Notes: generated from the letters alone by a model not told the origin. A stretch of 63,761 nt of DNA, filler included, from Octopus bimaculoides (GCF_001194135.2; 5 parts of 5 records of this genome joined end to end with filler, not necessarily neighbours in it), one strand, 5' to 3'; numbered from the whole stretch's first letter, positions 11,752 to 24,005 are shown. Numbers and translations: made by a program.

Positions 11752-11906
11752 ATATAACAGGCTTCCACAAAATTTCTGTCCGTCTAATTCACTCACAAGG
11801 CATTGTTCAGCCTGGGGCTACAGCAGAAGACACTTGTCCAAGGTGCCACACAGTGGAACTGAACCAGAAACCACATGGTTGCATAGCAAGCTTCTTAACC
11901 ACACAA
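11752..11906 (-). mobile_element. SINE family B 5' half
   Basis: Reverse complement of the B head and body, followed by (TG)n. Confidence 0.75.
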
Positions 11907-12288
11907 CAACATCTGTGCTTTTGCTTCCATAGATTCATGTTAGACTTATTTCTCTTGTCACAACACAATCATTTGCTTTGGGAAAATTGTCAGAAAGTTT
12001 CTATAAATTGCACTAACTCTGTTTTCAGTCATACACTATTGTTTCTAGTTTTAAAATCAAAAATCTCAGATTCCCAAACCCATTGTCTGGTGGATGATTT
12101 CAAAAATAACAAGATTTTGTGTGTATATATATATATGCATACATATATATATATATGTATACACACACACACATTATTATTATTATTGTTGTTGTTGTTT
12201 TTGTTGGTGTTATTATTATTATTATTTACAGAACTGTAAAATTTGGCTCTGCATATCAAATCATCACAGAAAACACACATGCTAGTTT

Positions 12289-12299
<11 letters not shown>

Positions 12300-12335
<36 letters not shown>

Positions 12336-12414
12336 ACACACACACACAAATATATATTTGTGATATATATATACATCTATCTACTTATCTATCTATCTAT
12401 ATATATATATATAT

Positions 12415-12445
<31 letters not shown>

Positions 12446-12590
12446 TTGTGATATATATATATACATATACACACACACATACATATATATTTGTGATATA
12501 TATATATACATATACACACACACATACATATATATTTGTGATATATATATATATATACATATACACACACACATATATATATCTAAAATA
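12300..12590. repeat. Compound (AT)n(AC)n-ATTTGTG minisatellite, about 45-50 bp unit, 4-5 copies
   Basis: Recurrent atatatatacatatacacacacacatacatatatatttgtg units. Confidence 0.8.
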
Positions 12591-13053
12591 ATAATAATAA
12601 TAATTGGTGTGAGGCTATAGAATGTTGTGACATTCATACATTTTCCGCAGCACGCTAGCAAGACAGATATATTAAAAATGGCTACGACGAAGAACTGAAA
12701 AGCTTTCCTCTACAGCACTTATTATCACTTATAGATAATTTAATAAATATTACAAGTCAAAGTTACTACTGTATGTTGCTACCTGAACAATGTATAAATT
12801 TAATTAGTGCTTAACAGCTAACATTTCTTTTATTCAATTAGGAATTGATGTTGAATATCTTCTGAAATGCAGTATATATAAAAAGAGTATTTTTTCAACG
12901 GTATTGTTGTTGATAGAATATTAGAAATTAACATGAAATTCAAAAAGCAGCAAATGTTTCTGAGACTATTTGGAAGCTAAGCTGTTAGTGTATCAGCCTA
13001 CCTGCTCTAGGATTGATGGTTGGTGCATTTCATTGTTAATAGTTTATGGTGTC

Positions 13054-13650
13054 TAAGGCAGCGAGCTGGTAGAAATGTCAGTATACCGGGCAAAATGCTT
13101 AGCGGTATTTTGTCTGTCTTTATGTTCTGAGTTCAAATTCCGCCGAGGTTGATTTTTCCTTTCATCCTTTCGGAATTGATAAATTAAGTACCAGTTGTGT
13201 ATTGGGGTCGATCTAATCGCCTGATCCCCCCTCCCCTCAAAATTTTGGGCCTTGTGCCTAGAGTAGAAATGAATACTTTATGGTGTCAAAGGCGGTGAGC
13301 TGGTAGAAACGTTAGCACGCTGTGCGAAATGCTTAGTGGTATTTCGTTTGCTGTTAAATTCTGAGTTCAAATTCTGCCGAGGTCGACTTTGCCTTTCATC
13401 CTTTCGGTGTCAATAAATTAAGTACCACTTACACACTGGGGTCGATGTAATCGACTTAATCTCTTTGTCTGTCCTTGTTGGTCTCCCTCTATGTTTAGCC
13501 CCTTGTGGGCAATAAAGAAATAAGAAACGTTAGCATGCTGGGTGAAATGCTTAGCAGTGTTTTGCTCGTCTAAGGTTCTGAGTTCAAATTCTGCTAAGAT
13601 TGACTTTGCCTTTCATCCTTTCAGGTCGATAAAAATAAGTACCAGTTAAG
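13054..13650 (+). mobile_element. SINE family A tandem trimer (variant 2, variant 1, head-truncated unit)
   Basis: Three consecutive cores; the third unit starts directly after the aataaagaaata tail. Confidence 0.85.
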
Positions 13651-13696
13651 GAAATACAGCCAACTATTTTAGACAGCAGAATATTCTATATTTGAT

Positions 13697-13702
13697 TTAA
13701 CC

Positions 13703-13743
<41 letters not shown>

Positions 13744-13959
13744 ACCTACCTGGCTGAAACCACCTTTGTCTCTGTAGTACAAATGTTTTGTTTTCATAAG
13801 TTCTGAATTAAAATCTTCCACCAAACCTTAGTCACAATTTATGTTTCTAACACTAGCTTAATGATAACCAAGTTATTTTACTAAATAATTTGTATTATTT
13901 GAAATTAATTGAAAGAAACACAGAGCATCTCAAAATAAATATGGTAACAAAAGGGTTAA
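13697..13959. mobile_element. piggyBac-like MITE with TTAA target duplication
   Basis: TTAA 13697-13700 and 13956-13959; TIR ccctttt(gat)nacc / ggtaacaaaaggg. Confidence 0.85.
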
Positions 13960-14073
13960 TGTATTTTTCTTGGTGAAATTCTAATGAAAAAAGCCAATCC
14001 CATTGGAAAATCTTCAATAGATTTTCTTCCTAACCCATAGAAAGTTAACATCTCTCTACCTCTGAATACTTAG

Positions 14074-14093
14074 GGAACTGGAAGAAGTTTCAG
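14074..14093 (+). CDS. Possible 20-nt micro-exon (xELEEVSx) of the 19.1-19.9 kb gene
   Basis: Acceptor ctctctacctctgaatacttag, donor CAG/gtaatt; ends in phase 1, matching the 19128 exon. Short enough to be chance. Confidence 0.2.
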
Positions 14094-14150
14094 GTAATTT
14101 GAAGTTATTTTAAAATCTTACGAGAGATATTCAGCAACAGTACTTTGGAG

Positions 14151-14392
14151 TAAAGATTTTTGCCAACATAACAAGGCAGTCCTGGTTTAGGACGAATGTT
14201 GCTGTAATTTAGCCCCAGGAGACATCGTCTCCAGCTGGTTATACGATATGATCTGTGTCCTTATATGTTTGAAAATATAAGGACAACAGATCGTGTCCTA
14301 TAGCCAGCTGGAAATGATGTCACCTGGGGCTAAATTACAGCAACATTCGTCCTAAACCAGGACTGCCATGTTATGTTGGCAAACAATCTTTA
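14151..14392. mobile_element. Fold-back (fully palindromic) MITE
   Basis: About 116-bp arms, roughly 8 substitutions and 2 indels, a 45-bp perfect run, 8-nt loop at 14267-14274, TA at both ends. Confidence 0.9.
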
Positions 14393-14600
14393 ATTTGAAA
14401 TTGATAGAAAGAAAGAAATAGAAAATGTGAGATTTGTAAAACAATTTTATTTTTCATTTTTCACTTTATGGTGATCGAGAGTGCAGTTAATAGATTTGAA
14501 AAGAAATATTTTGGAAGGAGAATAGGTCTAATGCTACTGAGCTTTGCATATCTTTCCAGACTGGTCGGGTTTTGTGGTTAACAATTGAATGGTGCCAATA

Positions 14601-14962
14601 TCTTTTACTTGTTTCAGTCATTAGACTGTGGCCATGCTGGAGCACCACCTTGAAGAATTTTTTAGTTGAATAAATTGACCCCAGTACTTTTTTTTTGAGC
14701 CTAATACTTATTCTGTCAATTACTTTTGCTGAACCACTAGTTTACAGGGACATAAACACACCAATACCGGTTGTCAAGTGGTAGTGGGGGGAAACACACG
14801 CACACACAATGGGCTCCTTTCAGTTTCCGTCTACCAAATCCACTCACAAAGCTTTGCTTGGCCTGGGCTATTGTATAAGACTTTTACCCAAGGTGCCACA
14901 CAATGAGACTGAACCCAGAACCATACAGTTGGGAAGCAAACTTCTTACCACTCAGTCACACC
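14601..14962 (-). mobile_element. SINE family B
   Basis: Reverse complement of the 9488-9896 consensus. Confidence 0.85.
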
Positions 14963-15509
14963 CGGGGAAGAATTGATTAGGCAAAGAATTTAGTGTAGGG
15001 TTCATTAAGATGAAGCACAGAAGGGTTAATGAGAGAAGAGTGCATCAGAATTTGAGTAAGGGTGTAATACTTGCTACATATGAGAAACAGTGTTCTTATG
15101 AGCCAGTAATTGCTGCTTGAAGATGAATGAATCTTTGTCAATCAGATGGATGTGGACCTCCCATGGGTGGGTAGGTGGGTGGGTCATTGAGTTCTTCTCT
15201 CAGACATTATATCTAAAATTATATTATCCAATATGCCCATGGGGTGTTGGATAATGTAGTTTCATGGCAGTAAGTTGTAATTTGAAAGACATCTGGCTCC
15301 TATTTCTGAAATGTTGAATGACCATGTAGGGGTTACATCATTGGTTTGTGTAGGTGTAGAGATAATAGGATCCAAATTCTACCGATCTTATTTAGAAGTC
15401 AATAGGTTTAAGCAACCATTGATGAACATTCATAGAGGGATAATCAAAGAAGCTGACTTGATCATCAGGCAACAAATGAACTGATCAACAAAGAAATTCT
15501 AATAATAAT

Positions 15510-16170
15510 GGGATTATTGTGTACAGTGTTTAGATGCACAATAATTTATTGAAAGAGAGAACAGAAAGCAGTCATAAGTCAAGTAAAGAAAGACAGCAAG
15601 AAAAGCTACAAGCACATGTGTAGTGCATAGAATAAAGCACCAAAGGACAGAAGTGAACAGTAAAAGAGACAAAGATGGAAGCGTGCATGAGTACGTCAAG
15701 AGTAGTGCTGGCAAAGTGTGGACAGAATGGAATTTTCTAAAGGACGCAATATCCTGAAGCTAAAAATTAATGGAGGTAGTTTATACCATGCTTCATCAAT
15801 TCTGAACATGAAAAAGTGTTTCCAAAAGTTATGGGTGTTGCAGTGCTTCATGATTTCATAAACATCTACATGGGTGACAGAGCTATTGAATTTAAAAAGG
15901 TGGCCAAAGTTATTGTCATTGGAAAGATGGTAGATAAATCTTGTTGGGGTTCTACCAAGTTAGCTGCCAGACATCAAAACTTCAGTGTGTCAATGCTCAG
16001 AGAAGCAATATATTCAAGATATGGTGAGTGATTAACAGTGAGTATTTGTCTGGTTGCATGTCCTGGACAGCTTCCAGCAGAATGATGTTTTTTGACAAGA
16101 CGATGGTCCAAACAGTGTGGACATACCATAGTGATTTATAGTTTTAAATAGATGCGATGGGGTGCTGACA
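15510..16170 (-). mobile_element. CR1/L2-like LINE 3' end, decayed
   Basis: Minus frames give ILLEAVQD... RT C-terminal remnants; homologous to 17925-18395. Confidence 0.65.
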
Positions 16171-16184
16171 AGTTCCTAGCTCTA

Positions 16185-16378
16185 AGGATATTGTGAAAGG
16201 CCAAGTTGGAAATCCAACTTTCTGAGTTCTTTCACAGGGTTTAGAAAAACTGAAGGACTGCTGCAATAAGTGTACGAATCTGGGAGAGGAATATGTTGAA
16301 TAAAATCATAATTAACTAATCCTCCTGTATTTTCTTTTACCCAAAGCCAAGAACTTTTCACCACCTCCTCATGGGTGG
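16185..16378 (-). mobile_element. Mariner-like element terminus
   Basis: Reverse complement matches 40708-40895. Confidence 0.7.
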
Positions 16379-17020
16379 TGAGCAATTGACAAAGATTTTA
16401 CTGAGTGATGCTAAAAGAGATTTTAGAAATATGGTTCCTCCAACACAGAATATTCTGCTGGTTTGTGTCACATTACAAACCATGAAATCTACCAAAATTA
16501 AATGATTCTAATGCAGAAGAAAGGCTGACCATAGGTTTTCAAATAGCTGAAGATAACAAAGAAAAATAATGCATATACATATATATATCCATTTTATGTC
16601 ACAATGAACACTAGCAGACTTTAAGTCAACATATTATACTTCTTAGTTTATAAAATATCTGTACGAAGCAAGAATCAATACAGGCTGGAAGCTAGAGCTA
16701 AAGCTATTATTTTAATCTTAATTGCTCACGCTATAAAGACAGGCATTAAGACTAGTTTGGATAAATGTAGTTTTATTACTTGAGATATATTCAATCATTA
16801 AAGTTTTTGAATTAGTTTGGTTGAATATTTTTAACTTTTACCTAAATCCTAATACAACTTACTTGAATTAGAAAGAATTCGAATGATGTAGCTATATGTA
16901 TGTATAATACATACATACATACATACGTACATACATACATACACACATACATACATACATACACACATACATACATACACACATACACATATACATACAT
17001 ATACATACATATATATGCAT

Positions 17021-17109
<89 letters not shown>

Positions 17110-17924
17110 TATATGCACATACATACACAGACACATATATAAACCTATGTCTACAACAATGTATGTGCCTATCTGTCTGTCTATCTGTCTGTCTGTCTTT
17201 CTATCTATCTGTCTGTCTGTCTGTCTGTCTATTTGTCTGTCTGTCTGTCTGTCAGTCTGTCTGTCTATCTATTTATATATTGACTGGATGGAACTAGAAA
17301 CATTTTGCTTCTTTTTCAAAGAAGTCACAAAGCTGCAGTTTTATAGATTAGCTGGAATTAAAGACAGCCAGTCAAAATATAATTGGCTTTTAATAAATTG
17401 AACATTTTGTTTCTAGAGCTAGTTATTTATTTCTATTTTATATTGCAAATGGTGAATAATAGAGTCATTAGTTATAAGTTCCTAACAAGTCAATTATTGG
17501 CTTACTTCATTTCTGATGACAAATGTAACAAGGAAGCATCTCTATTTTTGTGAAGAACAAATATCAAAAGGAGCTTTGTTCAAAGAGTACCAGTTTTTGA
17601 TATTTTTGGCAATGTTAATATCCATATGTACACCTACACACTCGCACACATGCACACACATGCACACATACGCACACACACATGCATGTTCACATATACG
17701 CATGCATGTATACACACTGATACATGTGTATATATGTGTACGTGCATGTGTGTATGTATGTGTATCTATATACCATCCTTCTTCCTCATTCTTTTCGTTT
17801 TATGTCCATTTTATATGCCACCATGAGTTGGATAATCATTCGAGTTGAGTTAGATTATATTTGACGACTGCTTGACCTTCTTGATGAGTTGGAGGACCAC
17901 TTCTCACTCAGATGTCTCAATTTT

Positions 17925-18395
17925 AGCATAATAGTAACGAACTTATTGTATACAGTGCTCAGGTGCACTACAACTCATCAGAAAAACTAACCAAAACTGC
18001 ATGAACAGCACAGAGAATAAGACACAGGAAGTGAACAGTAAATGAGTTGTTTAACAAAAAAAAAATGTGAGGAGGGGAAGGACATCAGGTGTACTCTTGG
18101 TAAATTTCAGGAAGCATGGAAGTTATGAAAGATGTAGTGTCCTGACAGCTGACAACCAATGCAGGTAGTGTATTCCATGTTTCAGCAATTCTGAGTGTGG
18201 AAAGATGTTTCCAAAAGTCTTGGGTGCCGTGTTAGTTTCTTGGTTTGATTTCATAAGCATGTCCATGAGTTTTAGACATATGGAATTCAAAAAGGTACCC
18301 AAGGTCATTATTGGAAAGATGGTGGATAATCTTGTGGGTGTCTTCCAAGTCAGTTACCAGATTTTGGAGCTTTAATGTGTCTATGTCCAGGGAAG
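17925..18395 (-). mobile_element. CR1/L2-like LINE 3' end
   Basis: Minus translation RIAETWNTLPALVVSCQDTTSF...MLPEIYQEYT*, a typical WNxLP motif, followed by a 3'UTR. Confidence 0.8.
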
Positions 18396-18704
18396 AAAGA
18401 TGGTTAGAGCATGGTTTCTATGACTGGAAGCCTTCCTAACACCAACCACTTTACAGATTGTACTGGGTAGACTTTATCATGGAACCAGCTCTAGACAGAT
18501 TCCCATGCTCTTTATATAACTAAAGGGTCCTCTCAACCCTATGCTTTCTCTGCTCACTTGATTGACAACATGTACTAAATGCATTTTAATGTAGCACCAG
18601 CACTAATGAGGTGCTGTTTTCTCTACTTCTTTAGCCACTACTACAATGGCCAATACTCCTCAGAGCTAGCTAGCTATAAATTATCTTCCCTAAAGCGGAT
18701 ATCT

Positions 18705-18930
18705 GTGGAGGTGTTTGGCCTAATGGTTAAGGTATTGGACTTATGATTGTAAGATTGTGGTTGCAATTCCTGGATGCATTGAGTTCTTGAGCAAAACACT
18801 TCATTTCTTGTTGCTCCAATCCACTCAGCTGGCAAAAATGAGTAATTCTGTGATGGACTGGCATCCTGTACTGGAGGTAAATATATATGTGCCACAGAAA
18901 CAAGGAAACTGCCCCTTATAGGGTTCAAAA
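18705..18930 (+). mobile_element. SINE family C
   Basis: Aligns with 2115-2365. Confidence 0.8.
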
Positions 18931-19127
18931 AGGATGCTTTATCCTTTTCTTTTTTAAAGCAGCCATCCAACTAATGTTTCTCTCTACCACTTCTCACCCA
19001 TAGACACATTAAAGCAAAACATCACTTTGATTTTTTTATTGCTCAAACATTTGTTTATTTGATCAATAGGACTTTTAAAAAATTAAGTTTTCTTTATGGA
19101 ATTAAGAACTGCTTCATTCCTCAACAG

Positions 19128-19189
19128 CTGGCAAGCTTTACAAAAATGCTCACTTTTTTACATTTGTAAAACGCCTACATTTTTGGGAT
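19128..19189 (+). CDS. Internal coding exon (xGKLYKNAHFFTFVKRLHFWD), unidentified protein
   Basis: Acceptor cttcattcctcaacag, donor GAT/gtaagt, 62 nt, phase 1 to 0, open frame. Confidence 0.65.
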
Positions 19190-19656
19190 GTAAGTATGCT
19201 GCACACACATCTGAAATTACATTGCATAAAATGCATCCACTTAATAATTAAGCCATCAATTATAAATAGTTTACAATTATTTATCTACCCTCAACCTATA
19301 TTTTCTCTGATAAAGAATTCTGTACAAAATGTTAGATTTCTCTTCTCCCCCACAGCCTAACATTTATTCCACTGTTTGAACTCTGTATATTCCTATTTGT
19401 CAACACAGACCAATACAAGTTTCTTCAGATTCCTGTGTATCATTTCTGTGTCCCTCTCAGTCCATTCTACAGCTGTTGAATTTTCTTCACAAAGCAAGAT
19501 TTTTGTATCTTTTCTGTTCATCTTCATTGTCAAATATCTCTGATCTCATGTAATCTTTTTCTTCAGAAAAAACATCCCTCTAGAATGATCTTCCTAGCCA
19601 TATTTTTCTCATGTTATCTTTCTCTTTCAGTCCACAGCTGTGTTTTTTTTTTTTAG

Positions 19657-19739
19657 ATTGTGAACAGTGACCCTTCCATGGAAAATAAAAAAAGGCAAAA
19701 AATAGAAATGGAAATAAGAAAGGAAAAGCGGATCATTTC
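19657..19739 (+). CDS. Penultimate coding exon (IVNSDPSMENKKRQKIEMEIRKEKRIIS)
   Basis: Acceptor poly-T tract + ag, donor TTC/gtaagt, 83 nt, phase 0 to 2; the other two frames are closed. Confidence 0.7.
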
Positions 19740-19806
19740 GTAAGTACTGCAATGTATTGAATTCTAAAAAGTAGTTTCTATAAGATTGGACAGAATGTCT
19801 GTTTAG

Positions 19807-19858
19807 AGAAGTTCCAAATTTAGAACAGTTCTTAGAGTATTTTGAAGTGGAAGAATAA
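19807..19858 (+). CDS. Terminal coding exon (EVPNLEQFLEYFEVEE*)
   Basis: 67-nt intron 19740-19806 (gt...tgtttag), phase 2 continuity, TAA at 19856-19858, AATAAA at 20220 and 20350. Confidence 0.6.
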
Positions 19859-21131
19859 AGTAAATGGATTTAAGATAACAGCAATTTCTCTCTAATCTAC
19901 CAAACCTCCTTTTGAAATATCTTCAGACACACAAAAATCAAAACAAAACAAAGCAAAACAAAAAACAAAACAAAACAAAAAACCAAAACAAAAAAAAACA
20001 AAACAAAACAAAAAGACAAACAAAAAACAAATGGAAACCAGTCTAAAAGAAATGGGGGAGCTACTTCAAAGACGACTGAAAAGTTTATTAATTGCAATCT
20101 GTTAAAGCTAATTATTAAAATTTCTTTTGATGAGTTATGAATTAATATTATAAAAAATACTGTTCTATGTAGCTAAGGTTTTGTCTGGAATTCAAGTAAA
20201 CACAGCAAAAGATGGTTTTAATAAAAGGTATTAATGATTTTATAGTGACCATATTGGAGGGTTAAATTGTTTTTGGAATCTATAGACATTTTATTATTAT
20301 AAATACAATGTTTTGTCCAATGAAACTAATACACAAATGAAAAATGGACAATAAATAGACGACATTATTGAAAGTTACACTGTAAAAACTATTTCCATAA
20401 AAACGTGCAATTTATAAATATATGTACACAATGTAGGCAAACAGTTTTGTAGAAATATTGTTAATTTAAGTAACATCATAATTAAAATATAGCCACTAAT
20501 TTAGTTTATTGGAAAGAGAACAAATTGATATTTTTATAAAAAGTAGATTAGTGTTTGTTGAAAATAATCTCTTGATGAATTTGACCACATTAAAGGTTAT
20601 ACTTGTGTTCCTCAAGATAGAAGGATAAGGAATTGGAAGGTTGTTGCAAAAAAATATCTAAAATAAAACTTGTAATGTTCTGCAGTCTAAAATCTTTGAA
20701 AACCATTACATTAGTTGAATATAGATTCAAAGATGACTTATAATTTAGTTTTAGCTACTCATTTTATCATTTTAAAAAGATGGTCATTTAAAATAGGAAA
20801 CCTTTGATAAAATCAGAAAATAGACCAGTGAAAGAGCAGAATTTGCGTTGCCATTAAATATATTACGAAATGGAAAGGAAAGTAGAAAAAAAAAGAAAAG
20901 AAATATTCTTCAATGAATCAAAATGATTCATACTGGTGGCCATTAATGGAATTTCAGGTCTATTCAAAGATTTTTTTTTGGGATAATGTTGCTGTTTTCT
21001 AATACATAAACATACACATACACATGTATGTACACTTATGATATACATACATATATATACTTACATACATACATATGCATACATGTATATATTTATAGAC
21101 ATATACAAACATACATACATANNNNNNNNNN

Positions 21132-21194
<63 letters not shown>

Positions 21195-21253
21195 CATATA
21201 CATATATATATATATATATATAGACACTTATATACATTATACATACATGCACA

Positions 21254-21286
<33 letters not shown>

Positions 21287-21829
21287 GAGATTTAGATATG
21301 TACATGAGACGGGTGGGTCTTCACTGAGAAATATATAATTAACAATAAAAATGAAACCAAAATTTTTTTATAGACATTTTCTTCTTTTTCTCACCATAAG
21401 TGATATCATATGACAAGAAAACATTGAAAACGTGAATAGAAGGAAGGAGACTGAATGTAAATGTTGTTCCACACTGTCATCTTAAAGTTTGATATGCCAA
21501 TACTGTATAGATTATTCCTAAATAAGTCTATGAAAATGTTTTATGTGTTGGTTCAACCTTTATTGAATTAGGAGCGGATAATCAGAATATTGAAAATATG
21601 TTACAAAATATTTGTACTGGCAGAAGAAACATTGAAGTATCTGAATTGTATTAAACATTTTTCTTTTTCTCATTCTCCCTCTCTCTCGAAATAATTCTCA
21701 GTATAATAGAGGATGGAAATATTTTGTAAGGAATTGGCAGTATCAAAATATTCACCTCTTAGATTCATAAACCGTTTTCTGATTACTATAAGTGTAGTGA
21801 TGGTTTGGGATGCTTTTACCATAGATGTT

Positions 21830-22730
21830 CCCTCTGGCAGCCTGTCACCACTATCTTTATCTTCTTTCCAACTACTCCCATCCACCCTTATATAATGCTG
21901 GATAGCCATGGATCTCCTCTGTAGTGAGACACCTATGCTTGTCCCACTGTCATACTTCAGACTTGAACACCTGGAATAAAACCATCTCTCAAATACACTC
22001 CTGCTCAGTTGAGGAGGCTTTTTCTTTTTCTTTTCCTGTCTTGCAAATTACTTGGTGCCATGAAAACAAGCAAAAAAAGAAGCACCTGGTACACACTGTA
22101 AATTGTATAAAGAATTGTGGGTAAGGCCAAAACAATGTAAAGTAAAAGCAAGGTAAATCACAAGAAAACAAGTATATGAATTAATGTAGACTTACCTTGT
22201 GTTCAATATTTCCGGGTTATGATCCCATTTTCAAGAAAATAAGCAAATGTTGCCGGCATGTGTGTGTGTGTGTGTGTGTGTGAGCATGTGTGGAGTGGAC
22301 ATGTGTGGAAAGGTGTTACTATAGCAACCAGCTAGCTTCCTGTAACTCTCTTTTGTTGTGGATCTTAGGTTTCTTTTGATGTGTGAGGACGGCCTCAGAG
22401 ATTCTAAGGTTGTCCCTGTTCCGCTGTGCTGCCTTGATGTGCACTGTGAATTCCCGGGTCTGGCATTTCCGTAGATGTTTCTTCACGGAAGTGTCTGCCT
22501 GCATGTGTTCCTTAATGCATATATGCAATTTTCTTGTGCTTCCTATGTAGGATGTGCCACATTTTCCACAGACGAAAGTAAGAAGGGCATTCGACCATAG
22601 AAACCATGCCAAAGCAGACATTGGAATTTGACATGGCTCTAATATGTCTTGTTGGATCCCTTCAAAATGTCTAACTCATGTCAGCATGGAAAACAGCCAT
22701 TAAATAATAATTATTATTATTATTATCATT
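21830..22730 (+). mobile_element. Family E repeat split by a Penelope fragment
   Basis: 21830-22105 is homologous to 1430-1750 (opposite strand); 22575-22730 is the RTE-type tail agaagggcattcgaccatagaaacc...agcatggaaaacag. Confidence 0.65.
22105..22575 (-). mobile_element. Penelope-like element fragment: GIY-YIG C-terminus, 3' region and decayed hammerhead
   Basis: FVCGKCGTSYIGSTRKLHICIKEH...SVKKHLRKC...LRISEAVLTHQKKPKIHNKRE* matches the PLE endonuclease pattern; hammerhead relic at 22196-22243. Confidence 0.85.
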
Positions 22731-23205
22731 TCTCTTGTTTTGTTGGACCTCCTGGAGTCTTGCATGCATAGCAGACTTGCTACCTGCAGCCTATGGTGCC
22801 ATGCTATCCATTCTTTTCAGCTATCTAATACTTTCCTGATTATTCTGGTCGTGCCAAGGAGGAAAACCTTTTGTAACAGTTCTACTGGGCACTCTATTCC
22901 AATTTTCTTTATATTCCCCTTGATGCCTTCTGATACTGTTCTCAAGGACCCAACAATAATTGGCATTGTCTTCACCTTCTTCATTTTCCATAACTGGGCT
23001 ATTTCGTACTTAGGAGGGTTGCGTTTATCTATCTTTGCACCTTCCTTCTTGACTATTCATGGTCAAAGGTGCATGCAACATCAGATATATAGCATATGTG
23101 GTGCAGCTTGTCTACCACCACTAGTCTGGTCTGTTATGCTCTAGCACTTGATCTGTTTAGATTGAGAAATCCCGGAGGATTTTGCTAGTCTCTAACTCCA
23201 CCACT
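22705..23205 (-). mobile_element. R4/Dong-clade LINE 3' end (restriction-like endonuclease) in (TAA)n
   Basis: Minus translation ILRDFSI*TDQVLEHNRPD...YEIAQLWKMKKVKTMPIIVGSL...LLQKVFLLGTTRIIRKVLDS*; TAA repeats on both sides. Confidence 0.85.
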
Positions 23206-23206
23206 C

Positions 23207-23308
<102 letters not shown>

Positions 23309-23317
23309 CATTATTAA

Positions 23318-23528
23318 GTAAGGTGGCAAGCTGGCAGAATCGTTAGCATGCTGGACGACGGCCGAGGTCAACTTTGCCTTTCATCCTTTCGGGGTCGATA
23401 NNNNNNNNNNNNNNNNNNNNNNNNNNNNNNNNNNNNNNNNNNNNNNNNNNNNNNNNNNNNNNNNNNNNNNNNNNNNNNNNNNNNNNNNNNNNNNNCCCAA
23501 ATTTTAGGCCTTGTACTTTTAGTAGACA
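23318..23528 (+). mobile_element. SINE family A (variant 2) spanning an N gap
   Basis: Head aaggtggcaagctggcagaatcgttagc, core, and tail ggccttgtacttttagtagac. Confidence 0.8.
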
Positions 23529-23639
23529 GGATTATTATTATCATTCTTCTTCTTCTTCTTCTTCTTCTTCTTCTTCTTCTTCTTCTTCTTCTTCTGCTCC
23601 TCCTCCTCCTCCTCCTCTTCCTCCTCCTCCTTTTAACAT

Positions 23640-24005
23640 AGAAAGGAGCCAGTATGGTTGTATGGTTAAGAAGTTCGCTTTGCAACCTGCAGTTTTGGGT
23701 TCACTCCCACTGTGTGGCACCTTTGTCTTTTACTACAGTCCTGGACTGAATGCCTTGTAAGGAAATTTGGTCGACAGAAACTGTGAGGAAGCCTATCATA
23801 TGCATGCATGTGTCTGTGTTTGTCATTTTCCCCACCACTTGAAAATTGGTGTTTGTTTGTTTACATCCTTGTAGTTTAACAATTCAGCAAAAGAAACCAT
23901 TAGAATAAGTAATTAAACTTAAAAAATATGTAAGGTGGTGTCCCAGGTGTCCCAAGTGCCCCAGAATGGGCGCAGTCTAGTGACTAAAATGAGTAAAAGA
24001 TAAAA
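23640..24005 (+). mobile_element. SINE family B variant
   Basis: Head, body and gactaaaatgagtaaaagataaaa tail. Confidence 0.7.

Noticed and set aside
12300-12590. CRISPR-like or coding tandem array
   Set aside because: The units are compound AT/AC microsatellite with no unique spacers; eukaryotic context.
12660-12900. Two-exon plus-strand model QDRYIKNGYDEE... + GIDVEYLLKC...
   Set aside because: The best donor (12771) joined to the acceptor at 12841 creates TGA; the alternatives need weak donors or a 47-nt intron.
21670-21909. Protein-like minus ORF MAIQHYIRVDGSSWKEDKDSGDRLPEG...
   Set aside because: Its 5' half is homologous to repeat sequence at about 1650-1730 (family E), so it is repeat-derived.
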